From Octopus vulgaris (taxonomy: Eukaryota), in NCBI GenBank assembly GCA_951406725.2, contig OX597816.1, forward strand, positions 162,626,001-162,690,000: a DNA stretch of 64,000 nucleotides, read 5' to 3'. The translations under genes and the position numbers were made by a program. Of the stretch, positions 40,849-53,733 are shown in pieces. The notes below the pieces were generated by a model. That model made no database searches and had not been told where the DNA came from. It saw only the letters and a program-made list of their open reading frames with translations. The first letter of the stretch is position 1, and every line of letters starts with the position of its first letter.

Positions 40849-42819
40849 CGTATATATACACACATACATATATACATACAAGCATACATGATGGGTTTCT
40901 TTCAGTCTCCGCCTACCTAGTCCACTCACAACGCTTCCGTGGGCCTGGAGTTAGAGTAGAAGATATTTACCCGATGTGCCACCCAGTAAGAATGGACCAA
41001 GAATCATGTAATTGGGAAGCAAGAGTCATACCACACAGTCACACCTTTGCCTGTGCGTGTGTCCGCCGCAGCTTGACAACGTCTTGGCTTCTTTTAGAGC
41101 CCCTATAACTTTGCAGTACGGCAAAGGAGACCGATAGACTAAGTACCAGAGTTTTAAAAATAAGCACTGCATTGCGATTAGTTCGACTAAAATTCGTCGA
41201 GGCGGTGCTCCAGTATGGCCGCGGTCCAATGACAGTCGTTAAAGTGAAAGATAAATGTGTGAGCGTGTGCGTGTGTCCGTGTGTGTGATTATTCCGTATT
41301 AATAAGTTTCGAATGAAACTGTAGGAGTTCCAAAGCTACAATATTATAAAATAAATGAATAAATAACTAAATAAATTCTAGCTGTATTTAGTTAAGGTAA
41401 TGCCTTCAAGTATTTTCCAGACTCAATTCTACGCCACACTAATTTACCATTCCGAACACAATTTTCTTTACACTTCAGTCTAATTCCTTTAATTCATTTG
41501 GACACACGCATACACGAGTCTCCCCCTACTCCCTTTCTTCCCTCTCTTTCTCTTCTCCTCCCATCTTTACTCTCTTTGTCTTGCCTCGTTTTCTCTCTTT
41601 GTATCCTATACTACGTCACTGTTACTCCACCTTCCTCTTACTCCACCCACCCCCCCACTTTCGTCTCTCTTTTTATTATATTTTCTCCTCGTCTCTTTAT
41701 GTATATGACATCCCCCAGTTTCAGTATATGACAATGAAATGATCTTGGCAGATTGGTAGGAAGCCGTTGTGGTGGCTGCCTATTCGTTCGTTATAATCAT
41801 ACAATTTAGCATCTTGTCGAAGCGAAGCACTTAGAGGCTGAAGAATTAAAGCGGCGGCTTCTACGCATTTCCTTTTCGCTTCATAGAAAAGAGGACGCCC
41901 ACCCCATTAAAATATTCTTTCCCGCCACAACTCCTTTTATTTCATTTTATTTTATTTATATATGTATTTTTTTTTCTACTCTGAACAAAAAGTTATCCTA
42001 GAAAAAAAAAAGACTTGCTGTGTAATTCTTAGAACAATGAAGTTTGATCTTTAAAAATGGCAGCCCTGAATGAAAGGGGGAAAAAATCTAAAAATAATAA
42101 TTATAATTACCATCAGAAACAAAAGTGTGCAGATGGGGTTCAGATAGGGATTTATAAATCTTTACAAAAGACATAGTGTAGCTGTGTTGAATGAAGATTA
42201 CGTGACGCTCATACGGCTCTCAGTAGTCATTTGTGTTCCTGGTTTTATGTTTTGAAACATGAATCAAAACTGGGTCTCTAGATTAGAAACCGCCTCACCA
42301 GGATGCTTTCTGTATTTTAAGATATGCCACAAAGAAAGGTGAAGGCGTGTGGCCTAGTGCTTAGAGCATTGTTCTAACGATCGCAAGATTGTAGTTTCGA
42401 TTTCAGGATCGAAAGGATGACCCAAAGAGAGGAAACCTCTAAGTGGTTGCTGTATTTGCAAGACATAGTGAACAAATCTCCCTCAAACTATATTTTTCTG
42501 CTATGAAAAGGAAGAATAGATTGAATAATGAGACATTAAATGGCTTATATCTGAAAACTGTAGGATAGTCACGGCTGGAATGCTTTTGATAATAAGTTTC
42601 ATCAATCAGTGATGATCATGAATTAAAGTATAATGACTAACAAATGAATTACATTTAATTGGGCAGGATAACTCCTTCTACTAAATGAAATGATCTTGGT
42701 ATAAAACCCTGAGTTGCTGCGAAAGGAGTCTAATCAGTTGGTTTCACTTAGAGTACGGTTATATGAACTCACAACAGCAAGATTAGACTCAGAGATCGTT
42801 ACCAAGAGCTATATTCACG

Positions 42820-43022
42820 TGGAAAGCTGGTAGAGTTGTTAGCACGCCGAGCAAACTGCTTCACAGCATCTCGTTCTGAGTTCAAATCCTGTCGAGGTCG
42901 ACTTTGCTTTTCATCCCTTCGGGGTTGATAAAATAAGTACCAGTCATGTACTGATGGGGGGCGTCGATGTAATCGATTTACCTTTTTTTTTCTCTGAACT
43001 TGCTGGCCTTGTGCCAAAATTT
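42820..43022 (+). mobile_element. SINE family B monomer, diverged
   Basis: GTTCTGAGTTCAAATCCTGTCGAGGTCGACTTTGCTTTTCATCC core. Confidence 0.75.
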
Positions 43023-43397
43023 AAAGCTAATATTTAACTGGGAAAATGAAATAACGGCGAGATCTAAACTGGAAAATTTGAGAAGTAGTACATTCGAGTG
43101 CTTCAAAATCAGTATTTCACTAGGAAATGAAACCCTCTCCAACAAAGTGGCGAAATCTAAACTCTGAAATAGTCCAGAAAAAATTATATTCAATTAAGTC
43201 TATTTCCATTTATTCATTGATACATATTTTACTGATTGCGGAAAGCAAAGAAAAAAGACCCTTGTAACTGAAGAAAAAAATGCCGATCTCAGCGGTATCT
43301 GAACCCTGAACGTAATGCGATGTGACTATCGCTGTCCATATTTAACCAACAATCCACTAATTGTACCCTCGCGGTAGTTATTGTAATAAATGAATGA

Positions 43398-43812
43398 AGG
43401 CAGCGAGCTGGCAGAAACGTTAGCATGTCGGGCGAAATAGCGGTATTTCGTCTGCCGTTACGTTCTGAGTTCAAATTCCGCCGAGGTTGACTTTGCCTTT
43501 CATCCTTTCGGAGTCGATATATTAAGTACCAGTTACGCACTGGGGTCGATGTAATCGACTTAATCCGTTTGTCCGTCCTTGTTTGTTCTCTCTGTGTATA
43601 ACCCGTTCTGGGTAGTAAAGAAATAGGTATTTCGTCTGTCTTTACGTTCTGAGTTCAAATTCCGCCGAGGTCGACTTTGCCTTTCATCCTTTCGGGGTCG
43701 ATTAAATATGTACCAGTTATGCACCGGGGGGTCAATATAATCGACTTAATCCGTTTGTCTGTCCTTGTTTGTCTCCTCTGTGTTTAGCCCCTTTTGGGTA
43801 GTAAAGAAATAG
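43398..43812 (+). mobile_element. SINE family B dimer (tail1, tail1) with probable 20-bp TSD
   Basis: Junction at 43626; flanks AGTTATTGTAATAAATGAAT (43376-43395) / AGGTATTATAATAAATAAAT (43811-43830). Confidence 0.9.
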
Positions 43813-45119
43813 GTATTATAATAAATAAATATATTTATTTCTTTATAGCTGGTTTTCATATTTAGAAATAAGTGAATATTCTAATTTCTCTATTCCCTAA
43901 ATATTAGGTCTTTGAACATAGTTAATGGCGGTGAGAGGACGGAACCAGTGAAGCATTGATAAAATATGTTACGACAGTTGTTCCGGATCTCTGCCCTCTC
44001 AGTTCAAATTCCACATGTGTGCTTCTAGACACGCTTGGTTGTACTCTGAATATATATCGGAATTATGACAACCAATAGGTCATCATAAGACCTTCATTTA
44101 TTATCTGTGCAAAACAATTTCAAATCAATATAATTTGTAATTAAATGAATCGTCCTGTTTCACAATTGTCTTTCAGACAGTTACATGGACATCTATTCCT
44201 ACTTTATTGAAATTGATATTTAAATGTGATTTTTAGTCAATTATTGATTTAAGGGATCAAACATTGAAGTTATATTTTTAGGGTGGTTGCTTAGCCTCAG
44301 TTCTATTCTAGCTGATCCGATTTATGATCAAATATTTTCCTCCCACGACCATCCTATGTGGATAAAAATTCTCATCTAAATAACTAACTTGTATCTGTAG
44401 AAACCCTTACATCTACCCACTTAGAATTTTGTGCTTTATTTTCAAGTAGAGATATATAGAATAAGAGTAATAGTTGTCGATGTTAATGAGGGGAATTTCT
44501 GTAACTTACTGCAAATACCTTCTAGTTCCAATATAACCAGCATACACACTAATTCAGGTTTAAAGAAAGAGAACTCTAGATATCTGCATTATATCTCTTC
44601 AAAACTAAGAGACTGTGACATGAGATGTAATGTATATATGTTATAGATATATCACCTCTGTACAAAAATGTGCGCGGAAACTGTAGAAAATATATGATTG
44701 AGAAATTCTAGAACCTGGAAGAGCCAGCAATATCACTGAATAGAAGAACCGAGACACTGTTTCTCTACCGTCGGAGAAGAATCTTTGCGAGCCTCCATCC
44801 GCTAGGAGGAATACAAGATGGATTTCACAAGCTATCCAAATGGATGCAGTGTATTCTCTTAACATTCATAAGTCAAAACAGAAATCTCACTCCAACATAG
44901 CAGTGAAACCAGCCAAGGCGTATTAGCAGATTCTGGGATTGTGTGCTACAGCAGCTGACCGCTCTCAACCAATGAAATTTGATTCATTTAGTAACATGTC
45001 AACATAAATGATTTATGTTGATATTGAATGATTTAACTTACGTGATATGAATCCCTGCAGAGTAACGTAGAAACAATATACACGCTCCTAATATGTGAAT
45101 ATGTACCTGTGCATGTGTA

Positions 45120-45395
<276 letters not shown>

Positions 45396-47418
45396 CATAT
45401 GTGTGCAGATATTTATTTTGTCATGGTCGATAAGTCGATGTGTCGAACAAAACGAATTTCGATATTTGTTTTGTGCGAGTTGCGCCCCTTTAATGCTAAG
45501 GTGGGCTGACATAACCTATTACGTAAATAGAAATCAATATATATAAACATCAGCCAAAAACTGGGGTCACTAAAATCGACAAAGACCCTTGAAGGCAGTG
45601 CTGTATATTAAGGACACAATCCAATGATTGAAGCCAGTATATATAATATATAATAGTTCCACATAATTAAACGTTGATAATATTTTCTTTTAGGAAAATC
45701 TGTATAACATAACTAGAAGCTCTTTATCTCCGTTGGTTTCTTACAAACTATTGAGAAGATTGCGCATGTATATAGAACTGGTCCCATGAGGAACAGACAT
45801 TGAGATCTTAAAATAGCAATGTTGTAGTTTGGTCATTGGCCAATAGACTACTCATTAATTGTTATTCTATTATGGCTAGAGGACAATTATCAAGCTTGGC
45901 CTGGCCTGGCCTGGCCTCATTTTCTTCGGATCAGCTGTGTGCGTGTGTGTATATGCGTGTGGAGGGGATGTGACTGTATGTGTGTGCGTCTGCGTGTGCG
46001 TGTGTGTGTGAGTGTGTGTATATGTGTGTGTGGTCCTGTGAATTCTGTTTAAGCGTAGTCTTTTACGTAGACAGCATAAATCTCCTCGCCTTTGTTTGTA
46101 AAGTATTCTTGCAGGCTATGTTGACAAACAGTATTTTCAAATTCTTGCCACCAATGAGTGAATGCTTAACATCTTTTGCACACACACAACACACATTTAC
46201 AACGATGATGATGATGATGATGATGGTGATGGTGATGGTGGTGGTGGTGGTGGTGGTGATGGCGGTGGTGGTGATGAAGGTGATGATGATGATGATGATG
46301 ATGAAGATGATGATGATGATGATGATGATGATGGTGATGGTGACGATGATGATGATGATGACGACGATGACGATGATGATGATGACGACGATGATGATGA
46401 TGATGATGACGATGATGATGATGATGATGATGGTGATGATGATAATGATGTCACTGATAATAATGATGAAGAAGACTATACCGATGCTGATGAGGACGAC
46501 CACGACAACGATATTGACGATGATACCGATAATGCAGATGATGATGATGATGAGGAGGATGATGATGATGATCACTATCGTCTAAGGAATCTTCTGATGC
46601 ACTTAGAGCTTTATATTGTCATTGGTTTTATATTTATTTATTTTTTCTTTTGTGCCAAGAGGTAAGTTAACTTGCCTGATTGGGCAATTTAAATTGAAAC
46701 GCAATAATATTAATTGCATCGTCATCAAGGTATTAAGAAAATTATCCTTTAAGAGAACGTAAGAAAAAAAAGAAAAAAGAAAAAAAAACAGAAACAACGC
46801 ACAAAAAATTATCTATAGGAACAACAACATCGACAACAACAATAACAACAACAGCAGTGAAAATACAACAGTAATTGGTTTTTGCTCTCGGAAACACAGC
46901 CAGGCGTTATAATGACCACAAACAATGATAGAAGTCGAATGATAAAGATGAGAAATGTAGACATGGCTTCTATTAATAGTTACCGAGTCTTCCCTCAACT
47001 AATAACCTATTATACTTTCTGTCAGAGCCAATGAACGCTTATGCTTTACATTGCCAGAAATTCCCTCAGGCCCAGCAGAATTGAAGACGGAGTGAAGTAG
47101 AAGTGTTGGAGAAGCGGCACATGGGATTCTTAATACCTATTATAGACAAAGAAGGATTCAGAGATTGAGTTCTCTGATATGGAACTTCTGGTGCCAATAT
47201 TGATTCTAGTTAAAGTTGTAAAAGAAAAAGTTGTCAGAAGAGAAAAATTATGCTTAATTGTGTAAAATGTTTAAGAAAAAGTGCAATTCCATTTTTTAAC
47301 GGAGTTTATTCAGTTCACATTCACGTCGGAGAGATAGTAAAGAAAATGGTTGAAACGAGGTTGCGCTGTTAACTGTTTTATTTTAACCAAGACAATGTCT
47401 ATGAAATTCCCAGTAAGT

Positions 47419-47725
47419 GGAGGCACATGGCCTGGTGGTTAGAGTAGCGGACTCGTGGTCGAGGGATCGCGGGTTCGAATCTCAGACCGGGCGATGTGTG
47501 TGTTTATGAGCGAAACACTTGAGCCCCACGCGGCTCCGGCAGAAGGTAATGGCGAACTTCTACTGACTCTTTCGCCACAACTTTCTCTCACTCTTTCCTC
47601 CTGCATCTTGCAGCTCACTTGCGACGGACCGGCGTCCCGTCCAGGTGGGGAACCTATACGCCAAGGTAACCGGGAAACCGGCCCTATTTGCCAGGCATGG
47701 CTCGAGAAGGAACAAACAAAAAACA
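47419..47725 (+). mobile_element. tRNA-derived SINE, possibly V-SINE-like
   Basis: A-box TGGCCTGGTGG, B-box GGTTCGAATC, GCGACGGACCGGCGTCCCGTCCAGG block, (ACAA)n tail. Confidence 0.75.
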
Positions 47726-47987
47726 AACTCTCGGTAACTGTTAAAGTTGTGACAAAAAGTAAATGATGCTTTTGGAAGAAAGGAATCATAGCTATTTCAA
47801 ATGTTAAAAACAGTAATTCCACAGTTGAACGTAGATCTATTCATTTTAAATCTCAATGGTTTGTTATTGAGGAATAGAGCCAAAACAGTGTCGTTTTCAG
47901 CTGTTCCGACCAATACCGTGTCCATAGGCGGACTACAGTAAATCAACGAATCCTTCAGTGATAATCTTATATTATTTATATTTATAT

Positions 47988-48161
47988 AGGCGTAGGAATG
48001 GGTGTGTGGTAAGTAGCTTGCTTACCAACCACATAGTTCCGGGTTCAGTCCCACTGCACAGCATCTTGGGCAAGAGTCTTCTGCTATAGCCTCGGGCCGA
48101 CAAAAGCCTTGTGAGTGGATTTGGTAGACGGAAACTGAAAGAAGCCCGTCGAATATATGTG

Positions 48162-48222
<61 letters not shown>

Positions 48223-48430
48223 TTGTGTGTCTGTGTTTGTCTCCCAGCATCGCTTGACAACCGACGTTGGTGTGTTTACGTCCCCGTAACTTAGCGGTTC
48301 GGCAAAAGAGACCGATAGAAAAAGTACTAGGCTTACAAAAAATAAGTGCTGGGGTCAATTTGTTCGACTAAAGGTGGTGCTCCAGCATGGCCACAGTCAA
48401 ATGACGGAAACAAGTAAAAGAGTAAAAGAG
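47988..48430 (+). mobile_element. SINE family A, full length
   Basis: Matches 9513-9922. Confidence 0.92.
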
Positions 48431-48556
48431 TATTACAGCGATGATAATGTAATTAATCATGATTCTGTGATAAATAATGAACTCCAATTAATTATAAACT
48501 CTGTATTGTACTAGTGATGCTATACGGATCATCACTATTTTGGTTTGTAATAAAAG

Positions 48557-48770
48557 AGGCGAGCTGGCAGAATCGTTAGCACGTCGGGCAGAATGCTTAG
48601 CGGCATGTAGTCCATCCTTACGTTCTGTGTTCAAATTCCACCGGGGTCGACTGTGCCTTTCTTCCTTTCGGGGTCAATAAAATAAGTAACAGTTGAGTAT
48701 TGGGGTCGATCCAATCGACTGGCCCCCTCCCTAAAAATTTCGGGCCTTGTGCCTAGAGTAGAAAAGATTA
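48557..48770 (+). mobile_element. SINE family B monomer with tail2
   Basis: Head GGCGAGCTGGCAGAATCGTTAGC; tail2 CCCCCTCCCTAAAAATTTCGGGCCTTGTGCCTAGAGTAGAAAAG. Confidence 0.85.
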
Positions 48771-49122
48771 TTCAATCTGTTCTTCCTTTTCAAAACAGAA
48801 AAATAGTTTCAGTGAGATTTGATCCCTATTTCTTGCAATTACAGCAAACACTTAGAGGTTTCCTAACCACCCTACGAAATTGATAGCCTTTTCCTAAAGC
48901 TTGAAACCAATATTCTTGTTAGTAGTATGAAATATGGTCTTATAAGAACCCAGCGTAACAGCGCATGGCTCAGTGGTTAGAATGTCAGACTCACAGCCAT
49001 GAGAGAATGAGTTTGATTCCCGGGCCGGGCTATTTGTTGATTTCTTCAACCTACACAAGTTAAAATGTGAAAAACAAAATAGAAATTTTAATAAAACTAA
49101 TTTTTAAGCATCAAATGGCCAT

Positions 49123-49290
49123 AGGCACAGGGGTGGCTGTGTGGTAAGTAGCTTGTTTACCAACCACATGGTTCCGGGTTCAGTCCCAGTGCGTGGCATC
49201 TTGGGCAAGTGTCTTCTGCTATAGCCCCGGGCCGACCAGTGTCTTGTGAGTGGATTTGGTAGACGGAAACTGAAAGAAGCCTGTCGTATG

Positions 49291-49329
<39 letters not shown>

Positions 49330-49538
49330 TTGTGTGTCTGTGTTTGTCCCCCTAGCATTGCTTGACAACCGATGCTGGTGTGTTTACGTGCCCGTCACTT
49401 AGCGGTTCGGCAAAAGAGACCGATAGAATAAGTACTGGGCTTACAAAGAATAAGTCCCGGGGTCGATTTGTTCGACTAATGGCGGTGCTCCAGCATGGCC
49501 GCAGTAAAATGACTGTAACAAGTAAAAGAGTAAAAGAG
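49123..49538 (+). mobile_element. SINE family A, full length
   Basis: Very similar to 9513-9922. Confidence 0.92.
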
Positions 49539-49823
49539 AATAGGGATCCGCTAGAATGAAATCGTAATCAAAGTGGTCCATAAATATGAAAAAAGATGGT
49601 TCTGAAACTCTGGTCTAATATATTGTGATTTCCTAAATGACACACACCCACACCCATCCACACACGTGTGTGTGTTTATCTATCTCTCTAGCTCTTTATC
49701 TATCTATCTATATGCATATATATATATATGTATATATATATACATACAGAAACACATATATGCATACATATACATATATATGCATATATATATATATACA
49801 TAACTATCGCTCTCTATCTATCT

Positions 49824-49900
<77 letters not shown>

Positions 49901-50597
49901 AATCAAAACAAAAAATGGAACAAGAAAGTAACGGGCGATAACAAAAATTCGGTAAGTTAGATGATACAAAAAAGGACATACATAAATATGTAGATACAAA
50001 TATTACATACAATCGTACATCAATGTAGCAACATCTTAATACATTTCTATTGCATAGTTCTACATCTTTATACAAATAACCGTTAGCTGTGAATACATCG
50101 CAATTATTTCGTTCCACTCCATGCTAATATTCTAGATTATTCGCTCTACAATTATCGTATAACATATAAAGATCCTTCTCTCGGACCACGTGTCTATGAC
50201 GTCATACACAAATATCCTGCGTGATTAAATTGTATATTAGGTAGACATCTTATTTTCCTAAACATGTCTGCTTTTCTTCTTTTCCTCATATATGTGCGCC
50301 GTTTTTTGTTGTTGTTGTTGTTGTTGTTGATGGTGTTGGTGGTGGTTATGGTAGTGGTAGTGGTAGTGGTGATGGTGGTGTATGTATTGATTGGCCTTAG
50401 AATTTTGTTTTAGTTTAGTTTTCGCCTGTTCCTCCTCCTCCTCATCTCATCTTACCCCTCATCCTCATCCTATTTTCTAGCAATCTAGACACATTCTTCT
50501 TCTTCTTCTTCTTCTTCTTCTTGTTCATCTTCTTCTTCATCTTCTTGCTGCAAGTGTTATTGGTGTTACTGGTGTTGATGTTATTGTCCTTCTCAAT

Positions 50598-50642
<45 letters not shown>

Positions 50643-50890
50643 GCCACCACCACCACCACCACCACCACCATTAATTCGGATTGAGATACATTCATGTTTA
50701 GCAGCCTCGGGATAAAATAAGTTATATACATAGTGAGAGGTGGGGGGAGAAAGACTCATACATATATAATTATATATCTTCTTCTTCTTCTTCTTCTTCT
50801 TCTTCTTCTTCTTCTACTTCTTCTTCTTCTTCTTCTTCTTCTTCCCCTCCTTCTTCTTCTTCTTATAATTATTATTATTATTATTATTAC

Positions 50891-50929
<39 letters not shown>

Positions 50930-50935
50930 TATTAC

Positions 50936-50992
<57 letters not shown>

Positions 50993-51639
50993 CTTTTTTC
51001 CTTCATTTCTTTACCTTTTTATGACACTAATTTTCTTTCTGCTACTGTAGTTGTTATTGTTATTGTTGTTGCAGTTGTGGAGTATATTGGTGTATAATAA
51101 ACATACCTGCATGTTACAAAGGTTTGTCTACGTAAAATGTAAGTGTTGTAGTATATAGCTACACAATCATAATTTCCATTGGTTTGCAATATTTTCTGAT
51201 GCTTCAAAAATCAACCTTTATTTCTGCTCCAACGCCGAATATTTATTTCAATATTCTAATATTCTAATATTCTATTATTCGTAGATAAAATGGTATATGT
51301 ATCACACTTTCTTCTACAGAGGAAGAAGAAAGGGCGGTGGAGAGGAAGAAATGTTGGTGGGGGTATTTAATCGATTCCATTAAACGACTGTGAGGTGTGT
51401 ATAGGGATAATGGAAAACAACATCTTGACAAAACGCTATATATGGTTATATATATATATATAACAGTACTTGGAGAAGAAGAACGGAACGAAACGAACGA
51501 ATCGAATCGAATCGACGCGAGGGCGCTCTGTCATACAATAGTGTAATAAATAAAATATATGCATACATACATACATACATATATGTACTTACCTACATCT
51601 ACATGTGTATATACAGGCATATATAAATATATATACGTG

Positions 51640-52070
51640 AGTACAGGACACCACAAATAGACGTAGAACTCAACGAGAAACGAAAACGGAAAAACAAGCA
51701 TGGAACAAACCATTTATTTACAACGAAAAACAGAGTACAAGACAACCTACACAAGGAAAAATCCCCTTCATCAGCTGTCCCTAGTTCAACTCTAGCGTGT
51801 TTCGAAGGTAGGACAGAACACGACTCGTCAAACTAGCCCTTCCTGCGAGATAATTAAATGAAATTACTTCACAGAGGGGTAAAAACAAAGAAAGAAAAAA
51901 CATGTAACACAAACAGGACGTAAAACCGATACAAATAAAATTACAAAATAAAATACAAGATAAAAATACATATACAAAAAAATACAATACGAAAAATAAA
52001 AAATAAACAAACGAAAAAGGCCTTTTTTTGGCTTAGACGAAGAAGATTCTGGCGAGCGCAAGGGAAAAAA
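51640..52070 (-). mobile_element. Probable PLE-like terminus with scattered hammerhead core motifs
   Basis: Reverse complement contains TTCGAAACACGCTA and CTGATGAAGGGG; purine-rich terminus like those near 14941 and 30972. Confidence 0.4.
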
Positions 52071-52396
52071 GTGTTATGTATATACATAACAAGCGAAAAT
52101 GCTAGTTCCAAAATCACTCTAGGAGATCAACAGTGTAGTTGTGAAGACAAGTAATATTCGTAGACACTTTAACACGGCTATTCGTTCGAATTGACTCTAC
52201 TGTATAACGTATGGTGTAATTATAAATAGGGCAAATTTTAGCCATTTCTCCGCAGACTGAAAAAAAACATGAACAACTTTAATTATTGGGGTCTTATCAC
52301 AGGCGTCCACATCATTTTGTCTCCACAGAAACAAGCTGCCAAACTGTTTATATACTCGACAAATGCTGCAGTTACTCTATGAAGGAGTCCCTAATT

Positions 52397-52449
<53 letters not shown>

Positions 52450-52587
52450 GAGAGAAAAACACCTATTAAGAAATTCAATAGTGAAAGACGTTATTAACAC
52501 CATATAGAAAAAATAAATATACTATAAAAACAATATTCTAAAATTCAATAAAGTGCATTAACAATAAATAGTAAATAGTAGTGAATT

Positions 52588-52705
52588 GACTACGCGTGTT
52601 TCGTGATTGTATTTTCAAATAGATAATAATAATAAAATCAATTCGATTTAAAATTAAATTGATCTAAACTTAATTCTATTCAAAAATATAGTCACTCATC
52701 AGGTC
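52588..52705 (-). ncRNA. Type I hammerhead ribozyme with very long helix II
   Basis: Reverse complement: GAC-CTGATGA-GTGACTATATTTTTGAATAGA..TCTATTTGAAAATACAATCAC-GAAA-CACGCG-TA-GTC; lies in an AT-rich element between (TA)n tracts. Confidence 0.8.
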
Positions 52706-52821
52706 TAAAATAGTAATAATAATAATAATAACAATAATAAAAATAATAAAATAAATTATTTAGAATTGAATTTGTCCCTGTAAGTTTGGAATTATATTTC
52801 TACTACAACTACTACTATTTT

Positions 52822-52852
<31 letters not shown>

Positions 52853-52855
<3 letters not shown>

Positions 52856-52950
52856 GTTGCGTCATCACTCATGTAAATACCCAGGTCACGCACTGATTGT
52901 GCCTCTGGGATTGCAATCCCTCCAGGTCCAGTGTATTCATTGGGTATTGC
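52853..52950 (-). mobile_element. CR1/L2-like fragment
   Basis: EYTGPGGIAIPEAQSVRDLGIYMSDDATF. Confidence 0.7.
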
Positions 52951-53104
52951 ATTACATATATATGTATATATGTGTGTATGATACATTTTCGTCTATACCT
53001 AAATACTTGTAACAATCTTTGTGTGGAATGGAGGAGATAGAGAGACCGTTGATGCATAGGTCTGGTTTTTGAGGGACTGGCTTTCCACGTTCAACAACCA
53101 AATA

Positions 53105-53547
53105 TGAACATTTCTTTTAACCAAATTCCATGCCTATATCAGCTGAAAATGTTATTTATTCCAGTTGTTTATGGCATTGTTAACATTTTTAGCATAAATC
53201 TTCAAGTCGTCTACAAAGAAATTATGAGATACATTGGTATTTTTAGCAGTGTAAGATCCTAGTATGTAACCATTTGTTTTCTGCAGTAGGAACGATAATG
53301 GGTTCAGTGCCAAAATGAAAAGAAGTACAGAAAGACTATCTCCCTGGAATATTCCCTTTGAGATGCTTATACTATCTGAAACAATTGTTCTGTTCTTAGT
53401 TGTAAGGGTAAGAATAGTTGTCCATGTCTTTGTGAGTCTGTCTATAGCAGCAATTAATGGGATAGGTACTTTTACCAGATGAAGGCACTTCAACAGCCAT
53501 GAATGAGGAATAGAGTCGAATGCCTTCTTATAGTCAAGCCATACTAT
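53105..53547 (-). mobile_element. R4/Dong-like RT fragment (second family)
   Basis: WLDYKKAFDSIPHSWL, KGIFQGDSLSVLLF, FVDDLKIY, DIGMEFG. Confidence 0.9.
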
Positions 53548-53560
53548 GCATGTTTGTATG

Positions 53561-53594
<34 letters not shown>

Positions 53595-53675
53595 TGTATG
53601 TATGATTTTAAATTAGTTTACAGGAAACGTTTTGAATATTAAAATATAGATGTATCTATCTGTCTGTCTACCTGC

Positions 53676-53723
<48 letters not shown>

Positions 53724-53733
53724 TTATCTATAT

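Noticed and set aside
46162-46665. Poly-Asp acidic protein ORF
   Set aside because: (GAT)n/(GGT)n microsatellite, open in multiple frames on both strands.
47419-47490. tRNA gene (also heads near 42338, 48955, 61470)
   Set aside because: A and B boxes are present but no closed acceptor stem; sequences continue into SINE bodies.
51760-51810. Type II hammerhead on the minus strand (GAAA before CTGATGA)
   Set aside because: Stems I and III do not pair convincingly.
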